In this document: positions 9,957-18,818 of the stretch, in pieces
Numbering within the stretch: position 1 is the first letter of the stretch
Layout: each line of letters opens with the position of its first letter
Source: Alphaproteobacteria bacterium
GTDB taxonomy: Bacteria; Pseudomonadota; Alphaproteobacteria; UBA11222
NCBI GenBank assembly: GCA_040081735.1
Contig: JBEBFX010000001.1
Span: 1 to 41,188 of the forward strand
Length of the DNA: 41,188 nt
Direction: 5' to 3'
Made by a program: the position numbers and the translations under genes
The notes under the pieces: model-generated
Database searches by the model: none
Told to the model about the DNA's origin: nothing
The model's input: only the letters and a program-made list of their open reading frames with translations

Positions 9957-10022
9957 TAGACCATGTTCGGATCAGACGGAATCGCCTAAGGCGATCCCGT
10001 CTGATCCGTAAAACATGGTCTA
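9957..10022. repeat. 66-bp near-perfect palindrome (TAGACCATGTT...AACATGGTCTA)
   Basis: The left arm is tagaccatgttcggatcagacggaatcgcc. The reverse complement of the right arm is tagaccatgttttacggatcagacgggatcgc. This gives a ~30-bp stem with one 3-nt bulge and one mismatch. Confidence 0.85.
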
Positions 10023-10032
10023 TCTAATAATT

Positions 10033-10093
10033 TAGAGCAATTTTTCCTTTTATGATTGAACCTGTTGGTTCAATCATAAAAGGAATTGCTCTA
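10033..10093. repeat. 61-bp palindrome (TAGAGCAATT...AATTGCTCTA) abutting the DUF2141 start codon
   Basis: The arms are tagagcaatttttccttttatgattgaacc and ggttcaatcataaaaggaattgctcta, giving a 27-bp stem with a 2-nt bulge. The right arm contains the AAGGA Shine-Dalgarno sequence and ends on the A of the ATG at 10093. The termini resemble the TAGAGCRTTTTGT ends of the 172/199-bp MITE. Confidence 0.85.
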
Positions 10094-10581
10094 TGGCTTG
10101 GCGAATGCCCCGAATCTCCCATTTATTCCTCTCCACCGGCCTGACATTCATACTTCTGGCCTCCATCGCCCTCGCGAAGCCGGCGCCTGACCGCGTCTGC
10201 ACGGCCGCCGATCCGGTCCGGTTGCAGATAAATGTCGCCGGAATCCAGAGCGCCAGGGGAACCATCACCATTATGCTCTATGGCGACCGGGACGAGGACT
10301 TTCTCAAAAAAGGCAAGCGCCTCGCGCGCATCCGCGTTCCGGCCCGCAAGGACGCATTAACCGTCTGCATGCCGGTCCCCCATGCCGGAAGCTACGCCAT
10401 ATCGCTCTATCATGATGAAGACGCCAACAAAAAACTGACCAAAAACTTTCTGGGAGTCCCCACCGAAGGCTATGGCTTTTCCAGGGACGCGGCCGTCAGC
10501 TACCGCCTGCCGCAACTGGATGAAACGGTCTTCACCGCCCTGCCCGGCGACACGCCGGTGCGCATCACGATGCGGTATTAG
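10093..10581 (+). CDS. DUF2141-family secreted protein
   Basis: 162-aa ORF with a signal peptide (LSTGLTFILLASIALA). The pattern GTITIMLYG...YAISLYHDEDANKKLTKNFLGVPTEGYGFSRDA is typical of DUF2141. Confidence 0.7.
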   Translation: MAWRMPRISHLFLSTGLTFILLASIALAKPAPDRVCTAADPVRLQINVAGIQSARGTITIMLYGDRDEDFLKKGKRLARIRVPARKDALTVCMPVPHAGSYAISLYHDEDANKKLTKNFLGVPTEGYGFSRDAAVSYRLPQLDETVFTALPGDTPVRITMRY

Positions 10582-10703
10582 GAATTCATTATAGAAGGCG
10601 GCTGGCCGATCCACATGCTTTTGGAATCTTCGTAATTTTCAATACTGCCAGGAGAAATAATTTCCGGCTTTCCGCCCCCTTGGCAAGGCATTAACATCCG
10701 GCC

Positions 10704-11186
10704 ATGAATTTCTGGTTCTGGCTTTTTATTATTATAATTCCCGCCATCGTCTTCAGCGTAAAGCCAGAGGCGAACCTTTGGCTGCGCATTGGCAGGCTAG
10801 TGCTAGCGGGGGGCCTTGCCTATTTATTCTTAAATCTTTCCCTTCATTTAAAACTTGATCGCATGTGGGAGGCTTACAATTCCTGCCGATTCGAGCACAG
10901 CGGAAACGATGGTCCATATGAGATGAGTCTTGCTCTTAAGATGGATAAAATTTGCCCCCCCGCGCCCAATACTGGCGCTCCATTGGCATTTTATCTGGTT
11001 TTGGGATGGATTCCAGCGGCAGGATATTCAGGTCTTTGGGAATTACTCTGGCGGTTACGCCATCACGACTTCATTCGTACAAGCGGCAAATCCTTCAGAG
11101 GCAAATGGATTAGTAACGCCCTTATTATTTTTTCCGTTATTGCAGCCTATCCCACGTGGATATTTCTTGGCCCTCCGGCGTATTAG
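10704..11186 (+). CDS. Hypothetical 4-TM membrane protein (AT-rich orphan)
   Basis: 160-aa ORF that is visibly lower in G+C than its neighbours, with hydrophobic segments at the N-terminus, the middle and the C-terminus. I recognise no family. Its TAG stop is the first 3 nt of the MITE at 11184. Confidence 0.4.
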   Translation: MNFWFWLFIIIIPAIVFSVKPEANLWLRIGRLVLAGGLAYLFLNLSLHLKLDRMWEAYNSCRFEHSGNDGPYEMSLALKMDKICPPAPNTGAPLAFYLVLGWIPAAGYSGLWELLWRLRHHDFIRTSGKSFRGKWISNALIIFSVIAAYPTWIFLGPPAY

Positions 11187-11355
11187 AGCGTTTTGTGATC
11201 TGATTGAAACAAGCTTGGCTTTCTCGGATGTTGTCGATCCCCACCCTGTCCCTCCCCCTTTCCAAGGTGAGGGAACCTCGCTGCGGATACCTCCTCCCCC
11301 GGAAAGGGGGAGGTTGGGAGGGGGTCCGATTCAATGTGAAAACAAAATGCTCTAG
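11184..11355. repeat. MITE-like element, family 2, copy A (172 bp)
   Basis: About 90% identical to 21521-21719, apart from a ~30-bp indel. The imperfect terminal inverted repeats are TAGAGCGTTTTGT / ACAAAATGCTCTA(G). Two internal GC hairpins are present, for example cctcccccggaaagggggagg. Confidence 0.85.
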
Positions 11356-11443
11356 CAAAATCTTCCCTGTTTGATCATCGCGCACAACAACATCTCAGAG
11401 ACTGAATATGACATGCTCCGCCGGAAAAGAGCGGGCTCAAACG

Positions 11444-11746
11444 TTACTGCATGCGATTACCAATCGTTTTCAGCGCCAGTTCAAGAAATGGCCGCACGCC
11501 CCGTGGCCCCCGGATGGCTATATCCCTATCTGTGCTATTATATATGTCGTTCAATTCGGCGTCGGTGGAATTCCCCCCAAGAAGCGTGGCGAGAAAATCC
11601 CGCAAAACGCCATATTCCTTTTTTTGAACAAATCCCAACGCCCCATTGATCAGGTCCTGCGGCTCGGGGCCATAATCATCGAATGCATCCTGATGAAGGC
11701 CCTGACAAAATTTGTAAAATACTTCCGGGATGTTCATCTGGATCAC
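11444..11746 (-). CDS. Putative CdiI-type immunity protein
   Basis: 100-aa acidic protein. The FYKFCQGLHQDAFDDYG ... LRDFLATLLGGNSTDAELNDIY pattern resembles small contact-dependent-inhibition immunity proteins (from memory). Its GTG start overlaps the toxin TGA (GTGA at 11743-11746), and an alternative ATG lies at 11737. G+C is lower than in the cluster. Confidence 0.5.
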   Translation of the reverse strand: MIQMNIPEVFYKFCQGLHQDAFDDYGPEPQDLINGALGFVQKKEYGVLRDFLATLLGGNSTDAELNDIYNSTDRDIAIRGPRGVRPFLELALKTIGNRMQ

Positions 11747-12381
11747 CGTCCAATTCTTGGGTGATAGTTTCTTGGAAATGCGTTGCGGATACGATAGCCG
11801 GATACCATATGGGTGTCGCGAACAATAAATACGCCAACCTGATAGGTCTTACGTATTCTGATAAGGTCTATGTCTGGCGGGTCCACATAGGCTTCCTTGC
11901 CCGTAGGAAAACCAAACCTGTGTATCAAAAACTCCCCGGCGGATTGGCCGCTTGCCACGCGCGCCACCGCGTCAGGATTCATAACAATCGTGCGTTTGAT
12001 TAAATCCCGTGCATCTTCCTCGGACGCGAACGATCCGTTCCTGTCAATTCCTAAGCTGATAAAGTAGCTGCGATATTGTGATCGCTGGATACGCGCAATC
12101 AGCTCGGCTTCGCTCTTGCCAACGTGCCTGTTTATAATATGCTGGTTAAGATATCTGTCTTCGCCGGGGCGGTCATTATCCGCAACGGGGATAACTCCAT
12201 TATCCCCGTCCGTCCATTGCCCGCCATCCGGATGGCCCGCAGGCACGCGCGGCTGGCTGGGATTGAAGGCGGTTTCAAAAGCCAGTTGCAGCCGCAGCAT
12301 GGCAATATCCATGCGCAGCCCGGCATGCTCCCAGCGCAACCGCGACAGCGCCAGCTCTCTGTCTGAAATGCCCCTAGACAT
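11743..12381 (-). CDS. Putative polymorphic-toxin-type nuclease (RNase A-like CdiA-CT-type domain candidate) with a short helical N-terminus
   Basis: 212-aa ORF. It has an N-terminal helix, a PRVPAGHPDGGQWT linker, and then YLNQHIINRHVGKSEAELIARI. That H-x3-RHVGKS motif recalls RNase A-like toxin domains, from memory. The start ATG overlaps the SleB-type gene stop by 8 nt (ATGTCTAG). Confidence 0.5.
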   Translation of the reverse strand: MSRGISDRELALSRLRWEHAGLRMDIAMLRLQLAFETAFNPSQPRVPAGHPDGGQWTDGDNGVIPVADNDRPGEDRYLNQHIINRHVGKSEAELIARIQRSQYRSYFISLGIDRNGSFASEEDARDLIKRTIVMNPDAVARVASGQSAGEFLIHRFGFPTGKEAYVDPPDIDLIRIRKTYQVGVFIVRDTHMVSGYRIRNAFPRNYHPRIGR

Positions 12382-12826
12382 AAAACATATGCGCGCCGAT
12401 CAGCGCCGTGGGTTTCATGCTTTTCGCCCATACCGGTTCAATGTCATGATGATGATAATGCGTCGCCCCGGCGGCCGGGTCTTTGATCAACCCGCCCCAA
12501 ACCTGGCAGCCAATCGCGAAGGCGCGGCAATAGGCCGCATTCTCAAACCCGATCCGCATCAGTTTTGCCGCATTCGGATCGCCCGGGTTCCAGGCGGAAA
12601 ATTGCCGCGGCGCCCGGCACGCCCCCGCCAGCGTGCCGTCGCCGAATAGCGGATGCGCCCGCTTCTGGCGGGCAACAAACACCTGCGCCGCCGCCACCCG
12701 GTTGCGCATTACCCAGGCCACCGCCGCCTGGCCTTCTTCGCTTTCACCGCGCGCCTCGCCCCAGATGCTGCGCGCGAGCGTCTCCATATCAAACAGGCTG
12801 GCGTTGTTTATGATATGTTCTTTCAT
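12374..12826 (-). CDS. Cell-wall hydrolase, SleB/Hydrolase_2 family
   Basis: 150-aa ORF. LARSIWGEARGESEEGQAAVAWVMRNRV...ATHYH is the hallmark of SleB-type amidase/lytic enzymes. It overlaps the DUF2793 gene by 4 nt. Confidence 0.8.
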   Translation of the reverse strand: MKEHIINNASLFDMETLARSIWGEARGESEEGQAAVAWVMRNRVAAAQVFVARQKRAHPLFGDGTLAGACRAPRQFSAWNPGDPNAAKLMRIGFENAAYCRAFAIGCQVWGGLIKDPAAGATHYHHHDIEPVWAKSMKPTALIGAHMFYV

Positions 12827-13542
12827 GCTGAAGCCGCCAGGGTCAGATAATGAATGGCCACGCGGATCACGCCGCCGCTGAAATTACCCCCCGTTGCGCT
12901 GAACCGGATCGGCGTATTGGCGTAAAACGCTGTCGGCCCGGTGACGCCGATATTGCTGCCGCCGGCAGCTATTCCCAGTGTCCCGCCATATTTGGAAAGA
13001 TCGCCGACAATACCGCAATTATAGGATGTTGCCCCGGTAATGGCCGTCTGTACACGCACGGTTACCCCAAACACGATGGCCCGGTCGGGGATCTGAATTG
13101 CCGTGTCCGATGTGGCGGCCAGCGCCAGTGTGTGGCTTTCCTCCAGTATCCGGAACAGGGTGCGCGCCCCCAGCGGGGCTTTCGCCACATCGCTTTCGCG
13201 CGCCTTCAGGGTGTGCGTCCATGCGCCGCCGTCATAAAACACCGGCGCCGCTTCATCCGCGACCCACGCCTGCCAGCCATTGCGCGGTGTACGGAATATC
13301 CACGCCCCCGCCTGCCAGGCGGCAATCTTGCCTGCCTGCCCGGCCCATGCGCCGGTTGGGCTGCCCGCCACCAGATAACGATCCCCTTCAACGGGGCTAG
13401 CCGGCGGCGCGGCCAGATCGCGGTCCAGAACGCTAAGCTGCACCAGCGTATCCAGTCCGCTCAGCGCCTCGTTCACCGTCACATGCTTTTGCGATTGCGC
13501 CGCCTCCAGATAGGCCAGCGCCAGATTTGCCGAATTAGCCAT
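12823..13542 (-). CDS. DUF2793-family phage/GTA structural protein (fibre/spike-like)
   Basis: 239-aa ORF. The N-terminus LALAYLEAAQSQKHVTVNEALSGLDTLVQLSVLDRDLAAPP...GDRYLV is typical of DUF2793 proteins found after g15 in alphaproteobacterial GTA-like clusters. Confidence 0.7.
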   Translation of the reverse strand: MANSANLALAYLEAAQSQKHVTVNEALSGLDTLVQLSVLDRDLAAPPASPVEGDRYLVAGSPTGAWAGQAGKIAAWQAGAWIFRTPRNGWQAWVADEAAPVFYDGGAWTHTLKARESDVAKAPLGARTLFRILEESHTLALAATSDTAIQIPDRAIVFGVTVRVQTAITGATSYNCGIVGDLSKYGGTLGIAAGGSNIGVTGPTAFYANTPIRFSATGGNFSGGVIRVAIHYLTLAASA

Positions 13543-16500
13543 TGAGTATTTCCTCCTTTGCCATGCCGCGCCCGAAACTCACCGAAACCTGATAGACCGC
13601 CACCTGAAGGGGCAATGCCGGGGCCGCGCCAAAATCCGCCGTTTGCTGCGCTGCGGTGTACACCAATGCCGGGCCCGCAGCCGTCAGGGTGCGCTTGACC
13701 ACCGCCCCGCTCATAATATCCACCTCATAGCGCTCGCTCTCTTCCGCCAACGGCACTTCTGTCTGTTCCCAGCTATCCCCGCCAACGCGGGTGCGCCGTG
13801 CCCAGCTGATGGTCAGATCATTATTCGAAAGATTGCGCGCCACCCGGACCTGCGCCACACTTAGCGGACGAAGGCCGACGCCGCGCCCCGTCACCATCAG
13901 GCTCTGATAGGTAAAATCTTCAAGCGTCCGGGATGCCGGGCCATAGCGCCAGTTCAACGCCAGCCCGCGCTGCTCGGCGCTCAGGCCGGTTTCCTGCACC
14001 GCGCCATTCAGCAATACAAACCGCGCTCCGCCGGCAACCGGATTGCCCATCGCCCGTTCGGTTCCCGCCTGGCCGCGCAGCAGACGCGAGAGCTTGTATT
14101 TATTGGGCGCCACCAGTTCCGCATTGGCGAACTGAAACACTTCCCACGCGCCGCTGGCGTTGCGCATCGCGGCCACATTGGCGCCGCCCAGCACCGCCAG
14201 GTCATCGCGGGATTCCAGCACGCCGCCGAACAGCGTAACCCAAACCGCATTGCCCATATCCCAGCGTCCGGCTGGCCCTGCAAAAAAATCCGTGTCGCTG
14301 TCCCCCATGACCGCCGGGGTCTCGATCCTGCAATCCAGAACATAACCGCTGACGGCCGGGCTTTTGTAGAGCAGGATGGCCCCCGGCCACGGGCTGGCGT
14401 ACGCCGCCGCCCGTAACACATGCCCGGCCTCCGCCCCGTTCAATAAAGGCAGATCAAGAAAATCCACGATCGGCCGCCCCACACTGTTTACCGGCGGCAG
14501 GGCCGGCGCCCGCTCGGGCCCTGCCAGAAACCGGACAAGCCCTGCATCCACCTGTATGGCTTCCACTGTGCGCAAGCCAGCCTCGCCCACACGTTCAATA
14601 CGCATGAAATGGCTGCTTTCAGGCCCGGAAAATTCAATCACATCCCCCGGCTCCAGCGCCATTGAAGACGGCGGCAGCGCAAATCTGGCCCGTTCACGCC
14701 CGGTCCAGGTTTCCTGCAACAGACTGTCGGCAATTTTCTGGCCCTGCGCCTGGCTCATGACAATGGGTAAATTCAATGCCGAAACCCGCGCGCTTGTGCC
14801 CGTCAGCTTGCGGGAATCCACGCTGCCCTGCCGATAATCGGCGGACCCGTCAATATATTGCAGCTTCATGGCCAGTGGCAGTTCGGTTTCCTGGGCGCGG
14901 GTTAACTGATAATCCGGCTGCCCCTCGCCCCCTGACGCGACAAGGTTCGTATGCGACACGCTGGCCACAGGTGTCCGGCTCCGATGCAGCAGACGGATGA
15001 TTCCGGAACTTTCCATGGCGTCAAAAAAATAGGCCTGCATCAGGGGCTGCAACGCCTCGCGCGCTGACATAATCCGGTCAATGACAAAACCATCCACAAC
15101 GCCGGTTAATCCGGTGGCGTCGAACTGGGTGAAGCCATTTTCAAATAAAATTGCCTCCGCCAGTTCCCGCAATCCGCTTGCGCCCAGCCGCCCGGTAATC
15201 CAGTGCCCCAGCCGCCAGTTGCCCGCATCGGTCCACAGATCGGTCCGCGACGGGAAATCAGGCCAGGGCCGGGCGTCCCAGGTCCAGACATAAATATTGT
15301 CCGGATCAACCATCCGGCCGCCATAAACGGTGCTGACCGGATTATTGGCCGCCACAAAGGCCGGGTTGGCGGGGTCCCAGAATTGATGAATGGCCTGTAA
15401 AAACCGGCGCTGAATAAAGTCATCCGGCGTTCTGCGCGAATAATGCGGCGCGAAACTTTCCGATGATTTCGGGTCGATGAATTTATTGGGTTCGTTGGTC
15501 CCCTTGTCTACCGCCGGACAGCCGGTCTCGGTAAACCAGATCGGCTTGCTTTCGGGTGTCCACGCGGTCGGCGTTCCACTTTGCACACCGCCTGGCCGGT
15601 TGAAATGTTGCAGGCCCCACCAGTTCCACAAATCCTTGTAGCGGTACACCCAGGGCTTTGCATAGGCGCCGTCGCTGATCGGCGTGCGGATTTGAGCATC
15701 GCGATTTGCAGGCGATGCGTAATACCAGTCATACCCTTCGCCGCCGCGAATATTGCCCCGCAGATAGGCCAGATCATAAATTGAACTGGCTATCTGCGCG
15801 TCCAGATGCCCATCGCCTTCACGCCAATCGCTTAACGGCATGTAGACATCGACGCCAACAAAATCCACATTGGCGTCAGCCCATAGGGGATCAAGATGGA
15901 AATACACATCGCCGCTGCCATCGGCGGGCTGATGGCCGAAATATTCGGACCAATCCGCCGCATAGGAAATTTTCGCCGCAGGAAGCAACCCTTTCACCGC
16001 GCCTGCCAGACTTTTCAGATGGGCAACGGCGGGATAGGTGCTGACGCTGTCTCGAACCGTGGTAATCCCGATCAACTCGGAACCGATAACAAAGGCGTCA
16101 ACGCCGCCCGCCGCCGCGCACAGATGGGCGTAATGCAACACCATCCGCCGCAACCCGTTATCGCCCGCGCCGCTATAGCTTACCGTGGTTCCGGAGACCG
16201 AAAAATCCCCGGCGTTCGCGCTTCCGAAAAACGCGGCGATCTGGGACGCCGCCGCCGATGTCTTGTCCGGTGTTCCAGTAACTCCCGGCGCCGGATGACA
16301 GGTAATTCTTCCACGCCAGGGATAAACGGGCTGCCCCGCACTTCCCGTATAGGGGTCCGTTAATGTGTTCCCGGCGCCGATGTCCATCATGACAAACGGA
16401 TAAAACAATATCCTGAACCCGCGCGCCTTCAGATCGGCAATCGCGCGCACCACACCGGCGTCCGACGGCGTTCCCCCATAGGCGGGCGTGTCATTGATCT

Positions 16501-17488
16501 GGCTGACCACATGGGCGGAACCGCGCCCCACCCCATCGACCTGCCAGGCGTCGGGCAGCGTAACCTTATCGGCATTCTCGACGCCGGGAAATATCTGACA
16601 GCTTCCGGCGCGCAGATCCGTGCCAAACCACGACACCACCAGCGCCACGGTCTGGCAATTGGCGCAGGTTGCCTGCAACTGATCCAGCGCCAGATCCCAG
16701 TCGCTCGATCCGCCCGAATTATTCTGGTTTTCCGGCGCAGTCCTGCCCTTGCCCAGATCCCTGATCTGAATCTGCGGATCATACCCAAACTCCGTCGATC
16801 CCGGAATCAGGTCAACCCCGCGAATAAGACTTTCAACATCGCTCAGCGCCCGGAATACTTCAAACGACAACTGCGGCACCCGATTGCCAAACTGTTCAAT
16901 GGCCAGATCCTCGAACATTACATAGGCCAGATCGCGGTACGCGGGCGCGTTTCCCGCCCCCTCAATTGCCTCCATTAACGGGTCCGGCATTTGATCCGCC
17001 GTGCCGCGGTACACACGCAGATTTACATCGCTTAAATTCAACGGCCGTCCGTCCGCCCACACCCGGCCGATGCGGGTTATTTCGCCTTCGCACAGGGCCA
17101 CCGCAAAACGCGCAAAATAGGTGTACCGGGTGGTGCTTGTTGTGCTTGCGCCCGTGACCGCGCCCAGTCCCTTGCCGCTTCGCCCCCCTGCGGACTGACT
17201 GCTGGTGCTGGCCACTTCCCTGAATTTTGCCGCCCAGATGACCTGACCGGAAATCCGCGCGCGGCCATAAACCCGTGGGATGGGCGCACCCTCCGTCGAT
17301 GTCAGAATGCGCAATTCATCCAGTCTTGGCCCTTCAAGCTGCCGGCCGCCGGCGCCGCCAAACAGCCGCTGATCAACAAGATTGCCCGCAACCGCCGCGC
17401 CAAGTCCAAGCGCTGCCGTCGCAAAAAATCCAAACCCCGCGCTGCCGGAAATAGCAGTGGCGGCGGATGTCAAAACCAGTGTCGCCAT
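13535..17488 (-). CDS. GTA g15-like host-specificity / baseplate 'megatron' protein
   Basis: 1317-aa ORF in the g15 position after NlpC/P60. It has a central glycoside-hydrolase/TIM-barrel-like region and a C-terminal phage-tail-protein region. Its size and position are characteristic. Confidence 0.85.
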   Translation of the reverse strand: MATLVLTSAATAISGSAGFGFFATAALGLGAAVAGNLVDQRLFGGAGGRQLEGPRLDELRILTSTEGAPIPRVYGRARISGQVIWAAKFREVASTSSQSAGGRSGKGLGAVTGASTTSTTRYTYFARFAVALCEGEITRIGRVWADGRPLNLSDVNLRVYRGTADQMPDPLMEAIEGAGNAPAYRDLAYVMFEDLAIEQFGNRVPQLSFEVFRALSDVESLIRGVDLIPGSTEFGYDPQIQIRDLGKGRTAPENQNNSGGSSDWDLALDQLQATCANCQTVALVVSWFGTDLRAGSCQIFPGVENADKVTLPDAWQVDGVGRGSAHVVSQINDTPAYGGTPSDAGVVRAIADLKARGFRILFYPFVMMDIGAGNTLTDPYTGSAGQPVYPWRGRITCHPAPGVTGTPDKTSAAASQIAAFFGSANAGDFSVSGTTVSYSGAGDNGLRRMVLHYAHLCAAAGGVDAFVIGSELIGITTVRDSVSTYPAVAHLKSLAGAVKGLLPAAKISYAADWSEYFGHQPADGSGDVYFHLDPLWADANVDFVGVDVYMPLSDWREGDGHLDAQIASSIYDLAYLRGNIRGGEGYDWYYASPANRDAQIRTPISDGAYAKPWVYRYKDLWNWWGLQHFNRPGGVQSGTPTAWTPESKPIWFTETGCPAVDKGTNEPNKFIDPKSSESFAPHYSRRTPDDFIQRRFLQAIHQFWDPANPAFVAANNPVSTVYGGRMVDPDNIYVWTWDARPWPDFPSRTDLWTDAGNWRLGHWITGRLGASGLRELAEAILFENGFTQFDATGLTGVVDGFVIDRIMSAREALQPLMQAYFFDAMESSGIIRLLHRSRTPVASVSHTNLVASGGEGQPDYQLTRAQETELPLAMKLQYIDGSADYRQGSVDSRKLTGTSARVSALNLPIVMSQAQGQKIADSLLQETWTGRERARFALPPSSMALEPGDVIEFSGPESSHFMRIERVGEAGLRTVEAIQVDAGLVRFLAGPERAPALPPVNSVGRPIVDFLDLPLLNGAEAGHVLRAAAYASPWPGAILLYKSPAVSGYVLDCRIETPAVMGDSDTDFFAGPAGRWDMGNAVWVTLFGGVLESRDDLAVLGGANVAAMRNASGAWEVFQFANAELVAPNKYKLSRLLRGQAGTERAMGNPVAGGARFVLLNGAVQETGLSAEQRGLALNWRYGPASRTLEDFTYQSLMVTGRGVGLRPLSVAQVRVARNLSNNDLTISWARRTRVGGDSWEQTEVPLAEESERYEVDIMSGAVVKRTLTAAGPALVYTAAQQTADFGAAPALPLQVAVYQVSVSFGRGMAKEEILNG

Positions 17489-17493
17489 GAAAT

Positions 17494-17922
17494 CTATATC
17501 TCCAGTGCTGGAAAACGGAACGCATACGCCCTGCGCCGCGCCCAGGGGCCAAGCGCCTCTTCGCGCACCGCGTGTCCAGAACAGGCATGAATAATCTGTC
17601 CGGGTGCGGATAAAATTCCCGCGTGCCGGGCCGGCCCGCTTCTGATTATCCGGAACATCAGAACGTCGCCCGGCGCTGCATCTGCAACGCCGGTCTCAAG
17701 CAGATGCCGCCGGGCGGCGTCGCGCATCAGCTCCCCGGTGTCTGCCTCTGCCCAGTCCATGGCATAGGGCGGGGCCTGTTCCGGCTCCGCGCCATACAGA
17801 TCGCGCCACACCCCGCGTATCAGGCCAAGACAGTCAGCACCCGCGCCCCGGCAACTGGCCTGATGCTGATAGGGCGTTCCCACCCAGGCGCGCGCCGCCT
17901 CAATAATCCGTTTCCTGATCAT
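17494..17922 (-). CDS. NlpC/P60-family cell-wall peptidase (GTA g14-like)
   Basis: 142-aa ORF with the catalytic Cys context GADCLGLIRGVW and a downstream HAGIL motif, in the conserved g14 position. Confidence 0.8.
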   Translation of the reverse strand: MIRKRIIEAARAWVGTPYQHQASCRGAGADCLGLIRGVWRDLYGAEPEQAPPYAMDWAEADTGELMRDAARRHLLETGVADAAPGDVLMFRIIRSGPARHAGILSAPGQIIHACSGHAVREEALGPWARRRAYAFRFPALEI

Positions 17923-18818
17923 TATAACTGCATGCCGTCATTGCTGTCGCCAGGCCGTGGATAGGACTGAATCCAGTCATTTCCGGGCATCAGGTGAAAG
18001 CCGCGAAAATTCACCGCATTGCTGAATTTGCTCCTGCAGGTCGCAAACTGCTTGTCGCACCCCGCCGTAATGGTGAATGTATCGCCTGCCGCGATGAGGT
18101 GCGGCATCCCCAGCCACAATGCAACGGCCACAACCCCATCCGCCAGCACATGCTCCTTGACCTCCATCGCCAGCCCTGCGTTGGCGCCATTTGTCCAGCG
18201 GATTTTGCCGCGTGAAAACCATTCGCTGGTGAAACCGGACAAACCGTTGGCTATGAACGCCCGCCGGTTATCCGCCAGAACCGGCACGCTCTGAACGCTG
18301 CCCGTCCCCTTGAACGCCGCCGCCGTCAGATCAACCGCGCATCGGCTGCTGCCGACATCTGTGTCACAGCCATACTGGTACAACCGTCCCAGGGGCTGAT
18401 TGAGATGATGCGCCAACCCCCGCATTTCCGCGCGAAACCCAACGGCGCCGCGCGTAACTTCACCAAGATTGCCGCTGGCCAGAATAACCCGCTGGCTGAC
18501 ATTCTGCCAGTTGACGCGCAGAATCTGAATTTGCGCGTTATCAAACATTCCCGCCGCCAGATCGGCTTCATTCAGCGTGGCGGCACTCAACGCCCCGATC
18601 GCCTCAAGATCATCGACATTCAGACCAAGCGAGATTTCTATCGCACTGGCCTCAAATCCGCTTAGCGCGGAATAGGTCACGCCATCAAAATTCAGATCGC
18701 GGTCATGACTGGTAAAACCGGAAACCGCACCGGTAACAAGGCTCAGCTTCCAGCAATAACACAGGCTCGCCGCCCCGCTATCCAGATGGGCCTGCATGCC
18801 TGCGGGCAGTATCCTCAT
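17922..18818 (-). CDS. DUF2163-family distal tail protein (GTA g13-like)
   Basis: 298-aa ORF. The N-terminus is LDSGAASLCYCWKL...GFTSHDRDLNFDGVTY and the C-terminus is CDKQFATCRSKFSNAVNFRGFHLMPG (BR0599-type). Confidence 0.8.
   Translation of the reverse strand: MRILPAGMQAHLDSGAASLCYCWKLSLVTGAVSGFTSHDRDLNFDGVTYSALSGFEASAIEISLGLNVDDLEAIGALSAATLNEADLAAGMFDNAQIQILRVNWQNVSQRVILASGNLGEVTRGAVGFRAEMRGLAHHLNQPLGRLYQYGCDTDVGSSRCAVDLTAAAFKGTGSVQSVPVLADNRRAFIANGLSGFTSEWFSRGKIRWTNGANAGLAMEVKEHVLADGVVAVALWLGMPHLIAAGDTFTITAGCDKQFATCRSKFSNAVNFRGFHLMPGNDWIQSYPRPGDSNDGMQL

Noticed and set aside
12850-13545. 231-aa plus-strand ORF. Similar long antisense ORFs occur at 7657-8352, 8613-9308, 22977-23414, 30453-30995 and 31399-32121
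   Set aside because: All of them lie fully inside strongly supported minus-strand genes (DUF2793, lptG/lptF, structural genes, terL, terS-like). They have Arg/Pro/His-rich composition and no RBS or recognisable motifs, so I treat them as GC-driven shadow frames.
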